This document shows, piece by piece, positions 39,501-50,638 of a DNA stretch of 64,000 nucleotides. The notes beneath the pieces were generated by a model. It was not told where the DNA came from. It made no database searches and was given only the letters and a program-made list of their open reading frames with translations. The stretch is from Octopus vulgaris (taxonomy: Eukaryota), in the NCBI GenBank assembly GCA_951406725.2, contig OX597833.1:26970001-27034000 (forward strand). The letters are read 5' to 3'. The position numbers and the translations under genes are program-made. The stretch's first letter is position 1. Every line of letters starts with the position of its first letter.

Positions 39501-41058
39501 TCTATATCTATAAAACTGAGAATGTGTGTCTGACTGCTGTCTGTCTGCGTGTTTTCCTAAAACTTGAGAACTACACAACCAATTTCATTCAAATTTTACT
39601 CATGTCTTACTTAGGGTCCATGTAGTTTCATAGGCAAAAAAATGTTCAACTTCTTACCTAGGGCGAGCCCATAGCAATATCATATCTTCTCCACTATTTC
39701 AGTATTACGTGTTAAAAGTGAAACAAAAACATTTCTCTATTTTATGTCAGATACTTTCACTTTAGCAATAAAAATTAGAGATAATAATAACAATTGAATT
39801 ATATGTAGTAAGTAATAATTAAAATCAAACTAAATTAAATCGTAACATAATAATTAAAAATAAAAATAGCAATTGGTATAAAATTACATCAAGGACTTGA
39901 ACTTGAATAAGTGGTTTCACAAGAATGGGAATAAATTAAAAATAAAATAAGTGTCCAGATGGAGCTAGATTATCTGCTAATTAGCTAGCATTATGTATCT
40001 ATATGACGTTTGGCTGTATGTCATGTCTGTTTTCTCGAACAGCCGCTTCTACTGAGTACTGCTGTTGGTTTATTTCTTATACATAAAGGACTATAGCTTC
40101 AACTGCGTACTGCTTTTTGATTCACCGTAAGGTTTGTTGTTATTATTATTACTTTTAACTATCGTTATCACGTTTGTTGGTTCCTCGTAAGGGAAACGTT
40201 GTTGTGTTGCATTTGTTGAATAATTGTAAACTCTAACCATCCCCCTTTGGGAGAAGGAGCTTTGGTTATTGTTAAAAAATTGAATTGTGTCCCTGTTTGG
40301 GGAAATTGACAATATTTTCACCGTTTATACGGAAACATTTTCGTTAAAATGTCTTCGATAGAAGAAAGTCCAAAAATGAATTTCGCTGCAGCCGTCGGTG
40401 GGCGCGAGCTCATTAAAATTAAAATGAAGAAATACAAACCTATTTCAGATTGATCACCGATAAAGACTGGGAATCTAGGATAACACCACCAAACGAAATA
40501 AAAAATTAAATTAAAGAAAAGACTATTGTCTATAAAGTATACAATGTAGAGAAAAAAGAAGATTTTGAACACCTGGAGGAAAGCACCATCGAAAAGTGTC
40601 TCGGTACGACTATGAAAGATATCAAGTATCTAACCAGAGGCGGTAAATTCGCCACGATAGAAGCAAGCTTCGAGTCAACGGAGCGTGCAAGAGAGTACTC
40701 GACTCGAACCTTGCAAAGTTGAAATATTTTATTTTTACCTTTAAATCTGGGACGTAGGATGTCCCGGACAAAAATTTAAAATGTCCCTCCAGAAGTAGAT
40801 GTAGGCTGGATTTGAGCCGCACTTCTATACAAGAGGGAGGAGAAGATACAATTGATTGAAATTGCAAGAGACAGGCCTACAATTTCAGTCTGTTATATAT
40901 TTTGAGTATTGTTATCACTAGCGATATCAAGATATAACTTTGTATTTTGTATTTTATGTGTAGATGTATATATATATATAGATATACATGTAACATATAT
41001 ATACACATATATACATGCACTAGCACTATGACCCGGCAACGACGGGTCATAGTGTTAG
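39501..41058 (+). mobile_element. Non-autonomous Helitron
   Basis: A|TC start (TCTATATCTATAAAACTGAG...), 3' GC hairpin GACCCG-GCAACGA-CGGGTC then GTTAG|T; ~500 bp shared with the Helitron at 15.8-16.3 kb. Confidence 0.65.
40349..40880 (+). pseudogene. Captured coding fragment, probably L1/Tx1 LINE ORF1 (RRM-like)
   Basis: Manual translation MSSIEESPKMNFAAAV...KTIVYKVYNV...GGKFATIEASFESTERAREYSTRTL..LPLNLGRRMSRTKI*NVPPEV with several stops. Confidence 0.45.
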
Positions 41059-41395
41059 TTGTGTATATGATCCATGTATAAAGTCGGTGGTTTAATATCT
41101 TGTAACTAGTTACTTCTTTGTGAGTTGACGGATCAGGCTTTAAGATTTTTGTTTCATTCTTACTATTTAATGCATACATTTTTCAACTGGATAATTTCTA
41201 CATTTACTACTGCAATTATATCATTTGTTGGTAAAAATTTGGAAATACTTGTGTAAAAATAATATTTTCGACCAGATTTTTTATATAATATGTATCTTTC
41301 GCATTGTTGCTTACCCCCGCTCTTTCTTGATCCACGGACGTCTGAGCAAATGCGTTTTAATTATGTTCCAGTCAAGACATTCTCGTTATCGTCAT

Positions 41396-41796
41396 TTTAC
41401 TCTTTTACTGCTTTACTTGTTTCAGTCATTTGACTGTGGCCATGCTGGAGCACCGCTTTTAGTCGAGAAAATCGACCCCAGGACTTATTCTTTGTAAGCC
41501 TAGTACTTATTCTATCGTACTCTTTTGCCGAACCGCTAAGTTACGGGGGAGTAGACACACCAGCATCGGTTGTCAAGCGATGTTGGGGGAACAAACATAG
41601 ACACACAAACACATACACACACATACATATATACGACGGGATTCTTTCAGTTTCCGTCTACCAAATCCACTCGCAAGACTTTGGTCGGCCCGAGGCTACA
41701 GTGGAAGACACTTGCCTAAGGTGCAACGCAGTGGGACTGAACCCGGAACCATGTGGTTCATAAGCAAGCTACTTACCACACAGCCACTCCTACGCC
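41396..41796 (-). mobile_element. SINE family A, full length
   Basis: Minus strand GGCGTAGGAGTGGCTGTGTGGTAAG...GGTTCCGGGTTCAGTCCC (A/B boxes), CORE-like GCACCTTAGGCAAGTGTCTT, AAAAGAGT-type tail. Confidence 0.9.
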
Positions 41797-42934
41797 TATT
41801 TATTCAGACATATTATATGAAGGCCAGTGTTATCCAAAGAGTCTTTTCTTTTCGGGTGATTTGAGAAATATTTGATTGCTAATTCCGGTTACTAATAAGA
41901 TATTCATTCATTAGCTCGCCTGCATTGGATAATTCCTTTATGCAAAATTTTATATTAGAAACCACATACACTTAAATCGCTGGTATAATACTGAGTATCA
42001 TAAAATACTTATTAATCCTATTCAGCTATACATATCTTTTCCCAAGAACATTATACGTGTTTGCAGCTACTATTGCTGGGCGTTTGGATCAGAGAAGAGT
42101 CCATCAGGTTAATCAACGGACCACAGTATTGCCATAGGCGAAAGTGACAAGTTGTTTTCCTTTTAATTTTGTTTCTGTTTATTTTCTGGTGTTTTTGGGC
42201 AATCAGTTAATAAAATCTTGTCTTCCGTCTGCTGAGAAATTTCCGATTGCTGTGAGAGCTATGTGAATAATTTAGTGACTGTTTTCACATTGAGAACCAA
42301 TATGCAAATTACTTCAACCTGCGGGGATTAAAACAGGCCTTCCATCTGGCATCTAGTATTTATTATTCTTTTTTTCCTTTTTTCTCCGTTTTTCTAAAAG
42401 TGTGCTGTAACAGTGAGTGGTGACTGATTCTGTCTAATAAAATTCTATGCACTAATTTAGAATTGAGTGGTATTTTGTGATGGATTGATCAAGTTGGCAC
42501 TGTTACTACAGCATTAGTTATGGAAGAGATGGTGTTGTTGGTATTGTTGTTGTTATTGTTGTTGTTGTTTTTGTTGGTGGTGGTGGTTACGGTGGTAGTG
42601 ATCGTTCTCGTGGTAGCTGTGATGGTGATGGGAGTCATCGTCGTTTTGTATTCATGGTGGTGTGATGGTAACATTGCTGAGGTAAAGTTGTTCGCGATCA
42701 CCACCATGACAACATCAACAACTATTCCAGCAGCATCTTCAACAGTATCATCATCATCACGAGCTATAGCTACATCATCATCATCATATCCATCATCATG
42801 GCCACCTTCACAAATAAACGATAATCTAGGAATTTTTTGTCTACTCAACACTTTTTTCTTTTTCGATTGTATTTTCTTTCTGCCTCACTCTGATCTGCTA
42901 CCCTTCATTCTCCTCCTCCCCTTTTTCCATCACT

Positions 42935-42976
<42 letters not shown>

Positions 42977-44059
42977 GACCACAACCATCACCAACACCAC
43001 CACTTCTACAAATACTTCTACCGACACTACTACTACTTCCATCCCCACCATCACCATCACCTCCACTACAAATACAACTACTACTAATACTACTAAATTG
43101 ATGTAGACAACATTATCAAAGAGTATAAAACGAAGTCTTACCAAATAATAATTTATTCTTGAATAAATAACTATATTGATTTCATAAACAACTTTACGCG
43201 ACTATATATAAACATAGAAGTGTATATGTATACACACATATAAGTTTGATTGTTTATGCATGTGGTTACATGCCACTGTGAGCACATGCATTTAACATAT
43301 ATTATATATACATACAGACACAAATACATCTATACATACTAACACACGCAGACACATCCATACTCACATGCGTCTGTATCTGTATGTGATGCGGCGCTAA
43401 CTCAAAAATAAAACAGGAACTTAAGCTTAAATTTATTTATGTAGCGAAGTATATTATGTATCTTTTCATCCAGATGCGAATGACGTCAAGCTCGCAGCAT
43501 TAAAGAAGCATATCATGAGTTATAATAGAGACGCAGGTATGGCTGTGTGACAAAGAATTTCGCTCCACATCCTCGTGGCATCGAGTTCAGTCCTACTGCA
43601 TGGCTTTTTTAACATCTCAAATGGTGCTAAGATTGATATTGGTACCTCACTATCGAGAACATAGCGTCGCAAGTCAACCTTTTAACACTCACCTATTGTG
43701 TTTTAGACCATGGGTGAATGGCGTCAATAAGAGGATATTGAACCTGTCCTTGAATAAAGACAATCTTGACAATGCGGCCACCTATTATAGGAGGTGTTAC
43801 CTGTCAGTGGGTTTAAGGACCTTGTCTCCTGTATGCTGGGAGCTAAAACACACAAAAGAAAGCGCCATCGTAAGGTCCTTTGGTTTTTCCCATCCTTCTC
43901 ATTCAACGTCGAAATCTGCGTGGAAAGGATCTTTCTTACATTAGTAGGTAAACATTTCACGCAATCCCATGCGTACAAACGATTATTTAATAGGCACATC
44001 TTAAGGGACACCTTCAGCTGTGAGACACAGAGAAGCAGGATACTCATGTTGGGTTAACA

Positions 44060-44515
44060 GCGAGTGCCCAGAAAGCAGCCGATGCAACTCTGAGGCAGTG
44101 GTCTACGAGGCACATATGAACAGATAGCCATAAAGATACCAAATGCAAAGGTGGAAAATGAGACAGGAACTAGAAAAACGAAACTTCCCAAACCAAAGGA
44201 AGAAAAATGCGCTATCAAAACACTACAGAGTGACAATTTCATCATAATACTTCCAACGGACAAGGGAAATGCTACAGTGGTGATGAACAAATCTGAATAC
44301 TCTGAGAAATTGGCAAGTCGCATAAGTGATGGTAGCTACAGCAAAGTAAAGAAAGACCCAACTCTGAAAGCAGAGAGGAAGTGGTCACAGAACTTGATCA
44401 AGAACAAGGACCACTGTCATCCACTGAGCCACTTCCTTGTGGATATAATCAGTCCATTAGCAGGAAAGTCCACATCGTACGTGAAGAATTACATCTACTT
44501 TACAGAATTGATCAA
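44060..44515 (+). pseudogene. PLE RT N-terminal relic with internal deletion
   Basis: ORF 44151-44534 IIILPTDKGNATVVMNKSEYSEK...YSKVKKDPT...SYVKN carries the PLE DKG motif. Confidence 0.8.
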
Positions 44516-44641
44516 GTATACGCCGAAAGGATGAAAGCCAAAGTCGACCTCGGCGAAATTTGAACTCCGAAAGTTAAGACAGACGAAATACCGCTCAGCA
44601 TTTCGCCCGGCGTGCTAACTTTTCTGGCAGCTCGCCGCTTT
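44515..44641 (-). mobile_element. SINE family C
   Basis: CCGAAAGGATGAAAGCCAAAGTCGACCTCGGCGAAATTTGAACTC...CAGCTCGCCGCTT. Confidence 0.85.
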
Positions 44642-44790
44642 CGTATGTAGTAATATTATATGTCGTTGCTAATGGCCAGTCAGAAAGTTACCATTGGTTA
44701 CCATATATATAGTGTTATAATTTTTTTTACGAAAAACATAGATAGAGTAGAAGTGCTCTAGTCGAACATGAGGCGTTAGATAAGTATAGT

Positions 44791-45512
44791 GGATAGAATG
44801 GAACAAATTTCAAATCAAACAGACTACGATTAACACATAGATATACGGGTTCAGTTAAGATAAAATAAGAATTGTCCAAACTGAAACATATACTGATATA
44901 TTAGAGATGCAAAAATATATAGAAATATAAAAACATAAGAATACTAAAAATATAGATGGACATATAGATATACAAACATACTAATAATAGACTATTGATA
45001 CAAGATAATAGCAGAATATTGATAAGAAAACGTGTTTTTTTTTTTGGGGGGGGGGGGGTAAATTTAAATATGGTATAGTAATAAACATTAAAAATAGCTT
45101 GGGGTTACATGTTAGGAGAAATACAATGTTCCGACAATCGTTTTTATAGCTCATTCGTCTGAATTACAGACGAATCGTAAAATTCATTTCCAGAGAATGC
45201 TCCCTTCGTCTTAAAATTGATCTGTAATTCGAACGAAATGACCTCCAGAAACGATCGTCGGAACAATATTTTTAATGGTTATTAATATACCATACTTAAA
45301 ATTCTTTTAAACGTGTTTTCATCTGTTTCACTATTATTTTTATTTATATTCTATTATTAGTATATATATGTCTAAATATATATATGTCCATGTATATTTT
45401 TAGTATTCGTATATTTTTATATTTCTATATCTTTTTATATCTCAGTATATGTTTTAATTTGGACAATTCTTATTTTATCTATAATAAACCCGTATAAGTA
45501 TCCATTCTATCC
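44791..45512. repeat. ~720-bp imperfect fold-back palindrome
   Basis: Nested reverse-complement blocks GGATAGAATGGA/TCCATTCTATCC, ATAAAATAAGAATTGTCCAAA/TTTGGACAATTCTTATTTTAT, TGTTCCGACAATCGTTT/AAACGATCGTCGGAACA. Confidence 0.85.
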
Positions 45513-45513
45513 G

Positions 45514-45545
<32 letters not shown>

Positions 45546-45643
45546 AATATGTATGTATGTATATATATGTATATATATATATATAAATGTATGTATGTAT
45601 ATATATGTATATATATATATATAAATGTATGTATGTATATATA

Positions 45644-45718
<75 letters not shown>

Positions 45719-45743
45719 GTATGTATGTATATATATGTATATA

Positions 45744-45775
<32 letters not shown>

Positions 45776-45966
45776 AAATGAGATAGGGGTTGAAAATTCA
45801 ACCCACCATGGGATAATAATATCCAATATACTGCTAGATAGGTACAACAAAAATTAATACATAGATGTTAGAAATTGTCAAGCAATCAGTTCATCTATTG
45901 TATTAAATGGGTAAGGGTAATAATATTATAAATTAATACTACAAAATTAGAGAATGGAGAAACATA

Positions 45967-46784
45967 CTTAAATCAATAAAACATCAACTATCCGATGATA
46001 CTCAATCCATACTTTAATACACCATTACATAGGAGTAAAGGCAATATATAAAATGAAATGAGATATACAGTAATAGTAAAAGTAAAAAGATAAAGAGATA
46101 TAAGTAAAAAATTACAAATACAATATGCAAATAAATCAAAACTGACAGCTGTTTCGGCAGTGAGGACAGTCATACCTCATTTAACCTACAAGCCATAAAG
46201 GCAGGTATAAATGAGGCATTAACAAAGATGCCCAAATTTCAAACCAATGCCCCTTTTTTTATAAAAAAAACTATTAGCTAAATATGTATGATATCGGTAC
46301 TTATTAATATTATATATACACTGTTATATATTTTGTTTTATTTTGTTCTGGTTACCTTCCTTTTTGTACAAATATGTATTATATTATACAAGTGTAGCAT
46401 TATGATGTATAAGTTTTTATATTTTACTTTTTTATATTTTTATATTTATATGTATATGATTATATAATATTTTTCACTATTATAACAAATTTAATTTAAT
46501 TCTCTGAAGAGGCCGTGGGGCATCTTTGTTAATGCCTCATTTATACCTGCCTTTATGGCTTGTAGGTTAAATGAGGTATGACTGTCCTCACTGCCGAAAC
46601 AGCTGTCAGTTTTGATTTATTTGCATATTGTATTTGTAATTTTTTACTTATATCTCTTTATCTTTTTACTTTTACTATTACTGTATATCTCATTTCATTT
46701 TATATATTGCCTTTACTCCTATGTAATGGTGTATTAAAGTATGGATTGAGTATCATCGGATAGTTGATGTTTTATTGATTTAAG
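45967..46784. mobile_element. Non-coding PLE-derived element with 267-bp inverted arms (45967-46233 / 46518-46784)
   Basis: Arms appear identical (identical 61-aa ORFs on opposite strands in the track); hammerhead overlaps the right arm; (TA)n flanks. Confidence 0.85.
46498..46613 (+). ncRNA. Type I hammerhead ribozyme with 85-nt stem II
   Basis: CT CTGAAGA GGC...GCC GAAA CAGCTG TC AG; intact core; stem II folds as a long rod; stem I weak. Confidence 0.75.
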
Positions 46785-46785
46785 C

Positions 46786-46837
<52 letters not shown>

Positions 46838-46870
46838 GTATGTATGTATGTATGTATGTATGTATGTATG

Positions 46871-46901
<31 letters not shown>

Positions 46902-47137
46902 ATGTCTGTGTGTGTACACTATATATAGAGATATAGATATCTTGAAAGTTCTCTTGATGCTTTGCTTGATGTCGTAGCAAGTTCAAGTAAATTGAACTAT
47001 TCATATCACCGTGAAAAAGAATGGTCTCATTAATCCACATCATATTGTAATCCCTGGCAGATTAATAAGTTATTCTTCTTTAATATGCGCTAGTGATTCA
47101 GCCAGCTCACCGCCTTAATAATAATATTTATGTTTAA

Positions 47138-47358
47138 AATTTTGGCACAAGGCCATCAATTTGAGGAGAGAAGCAAGTTGATTACATCAACCCCAGTAAT
47201 TGATTGGTACTTATTTTATCATCCCCATAAAGACGAAAGACAAAGATAAAGATGACAAAGTCCTCGGCGACATTTGATCTCAGAATATAAAGAGCTCGGA
47301 GAAATGCCAATAAACATTTGTCCGATGCAGTAACGATTCTACTAGTTGACCACCTTAA
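47138..47358 (-). mobile_element. SINE family C
   Basis: GGCACAAGGCC...GGTACTTATTTTATC...CTCGGCGACATTTGATCTCAGAA. Confidence 0.7.
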
Positions 47359-47399
47359 GTCTAATAATCCTGTCTATGATTGGCACGAGGCCTAAAATA

Positions 47400-47700
47400 A
47401 ACAAATAACGTAAGATCATAGACTTTGCAAATCCCTATGATGACAGAGCCGATACCAAGAAACTGGAAAATACCAGGATGCAACCAAAGAACTGAAGAGA
47501 CTGTGGAAAGTAAGACAACAATTATTTCTGAGGTAATCGGTATACTTGCCACAAACCCAAACTGCTGTGTAAGAGACTGAAAGATGTTGGAATTAAGAGG
47601 CGCATTATCGACAATCTGAAAGGTATCGTCCTATATTCTGCAAGGATCTTAAGAAAGTTTCTTGAGAGTTGAGGAGACTTGTTGTTTCCAAACTTCGAGA
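47400..47700 (+). pseudogene. R4/Dong-like RLE C-terminal relic
   Basis: Frameshifted KIIDFANPYDDRADTKK...ELKRLWKV...VIGIL...SARILRKFLES. Confidence 0.6.
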
Positions 47701-48552
47701 TAAAATTCCTGCAAGTTAAACTAGAATGCACTAGATTAATTATCCTTTCTGCTATATTAATTATCCTTTCTACTTTCGGCATAAGACTTAGGATTTGGGA
47801 GGAGAGGATAGTAGATTACACCTGCCCCGGTACTTTACTGGTCTATCATGTTATCGGCCACTAACGGTTGAAAAGCAAAGTTGAACTCGGCGAGAATAAT
47901 AATTTCAAATATTGCAGCATAGAAGCAACAATACTTCAAGCAGAAGACATCTCTGTGGAACATAATCTAATAGCAACTCAGAATCTTTACATAGGCATGA
48001 GAGAAGGAAAACTTAAACAGCAATCTTATAATCCCATTCCCTGCAATTAGATAGATTTTAATGAAAGCAATTTTAATGAAAGGAGCCCAGTACGAGAGGG
48101 ATTTTTAATTTTATCAACTCCGTAAAGATAAAAGACAAAGCTCTTACGGCGGGAAATGGAAAGTTGACTCCGGCGGAATTTGAAATCAGAACCTAATGAA
48201 TCAGAAGAAATTAAGATTATCATCATCACCGTTAGTTAAACTAACTTCATAGCTTCAAAAACTATTACGAAATTATATTTCTAACCGCATATTGATGAAA
48301 TATTAAACTTCTCTCTTTCTATCTTTATCGTTCTCTGTCTCTCACAATATCTCAGACTTTCTCTTCTCCCTCTCTACCACGTATTTATATTTCTAATTTT
48401 CTTCCCCTCTCCTTTCTTTCTTTTGCGACCTTTTATTATCTCTGTCGCTTTCGATATTTCTCCTTCCCACTCGTTTTCTCAGTTCGACTCTCCATCATAT
48501 CTGAGCGTCCTTAAATATTCATGAGTTTGTGTATGTGGGTATAATTGTAGAT

Positions 48553-48591
<39 letters not shown>

Positions 48592-48597
48592 CACATG

Positions 48598-48686
<89 letters not shown>

Positions 48687-49099
48687 GCCTGTATATAAAA
48701 ACACACATATATCCATATGTGTGTGTGTGTGTGTACCAGTCAGCGAGTTTGTTTATGCATGAGTGGACTTTTCTCTCATTGCATCATGTTATTTTTCATT
48801 AAATCACTTTGTCTTTCTTCTCTCTCTCCCTTCTCTTTCTTATTTCCCCTCTTCGCTCACACGCATACGCACACACACGCATACACACAGACACATGCAC
48901 ACATATATATATTGATAAAGAGAGTTGCTTTGAAATAACCGTTCCGTTTCTCTGCACTCCGATTTAAAATACTACGAACTCAACTTTGCTTTTCATCATG
49001 TCATGGTCGATAAATAAAGCACCAATTTTGTATTGTACTTATTTGGCATCTTTCTCACAGTTTTTCCTCTGTATGTCTCTCTTTTCCACTCTTTGTCTT

Positions 49100-49155
<56 letters not shown>

Positions 49156-49249
49156 GTATATATATACATACCCATATATATATATTTATATATATAAAGT
49201 ATAGGAAAGAATGGAGCTGAACGAAGATTTAACAAAATTCCTTTATTTT

Positions 49250-49335
49250 ATTTTCGACATATGTTTCGAAGTCTGCAAAGTCCCTAATTCCGAGTGAATA
49301 AGGAGTCCATTATGCAGCTTTCTCTTCAGGAAAAT
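49250..49335 (-). ncRNA. Type I hammerhead ribozyme in 3' pLTR (sense to ORF)
   Basis: Reverse complement of 52949-53034, identical core. Confidence 0.85.
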
Positions 49336-49922
49336 CCAGGAACTTAATTCTCCAACAAAATGCACAACAAGCTTTTCGACGACTGCTCACGAGGAGCCCA
49401 TAAAAATAATGATAAAAAATGTCTATTTATAGGGGTTGACGCCAGATTGGATGAAAGCAGAAGAAATTGTCCGTTGACATAGTTCAAGGGCAGCATCAAG
49501 GTAGTAGAAGGAAGGTATAGAAAAATTAAAGAGTGTGAATGTATTCTGTATGACTGGTGTTTATATTTGATTTATTTTATGAATGAGTGCTCGAATGTAT
49601 GAGTGTGTAAAATTGCCTTAATGTATGTGTGTGTGCGTCTTTGAATGCGTGAAAGTGTGTGTGGAATGCAGAGAGAGAGAGATAGCAAGAATTAACGGTC
49701 AAGAACTGAAAAGACTGTGTCTGTGTGCTTGAATAGGGAGAGGGCGGCCACAATAGCAATGACAAGATACAAGGTTACTGTTGGGATTGGTAGTAGTTCT
49801 TGGCAACTATGAGAAAGTCTTCTACACTAACAGGGATGAGGTATCACCTTTCAAATTTTTTTAGGAAATCCAGGGGTTATCTATATTAGACTTCATTGGT
49901 ATGAGAAAAAGGTATGCTTTTT

Positions 49923-50593
49923 CTAGTGTGGGCATCTGAAAGAACTCTCCACAATCGAGTTTATTAGTCGGCCTCGGGCAAACAGAATATAAAAGTGTTC
50001 GGAATTACATAGGGCACAGATTTTTTTGCCCTTATCAAACGGTAAAGACACCGATAATATTGACCATTCCAGCCTAAATGTTGAATTCGCGTTCTTCAAA
50101 CGCCAGACTAATTTGCTTAGCCCAGTAGAATGTTGTTTCTTTTTATCCCTAAACGTGGAAAAATGGTTTGATATTCTTGTGGCTAATTTAGATGATGTAG
50201 CGCCGATATAGAGGAAGACATCGGATCCAGCATAAATTCTGCACTGGTAAATGGCGTTTCTAATTTTGGAGTTATTTGATAAGAACCTTATTCTATTGGG
50301 ATTAGTTTCCGATACTAATACAGCGTTCTTATTACTATGATGGTTGTAAAAACTACCGCTGGATTCGATACTATTCACCCCATTATCATTACTATTTAAG
50401 GCAATATCACCTGCATATTCCCTGTTTCTGGGAATGCTGTGATTGATAATGTCCGTAAAACTACTGTTGTTAAAACCGCTGCTAATATTATTGTTGAGAC
50501 TCCCTCCGTTTATGACGAGGTCAGTGCTCTTATCCTTATTACTATTACTAATGCCAATGCTGGTATGAAGGCTGCTAATATCTGTGCTACTTC

Positions 50594-50638
<45 letters not shown>

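Noticed and set aside
42489-43144. 193-aa hydrophobic/Ser-Pro-rich ORF
   Set aside because: Degenerate triplet repeats (GTT, CAT, CTA, CCA) open on both strands; no splice or domain evidence
45540-45775. Regular ~38-bp units resembling a spaced array
   Set aside because: Higher-order TA/TATG microsatellite with no unique spacers; not CRISPR
45988-46763. Two identical 61-aa hydrophobic ORFs that look like a duplicated membrane peptide or toxin
   Set aside because: By-product of the 267-bp inverted repeat; T-rich pLTR sequence overlapping the ribozyme
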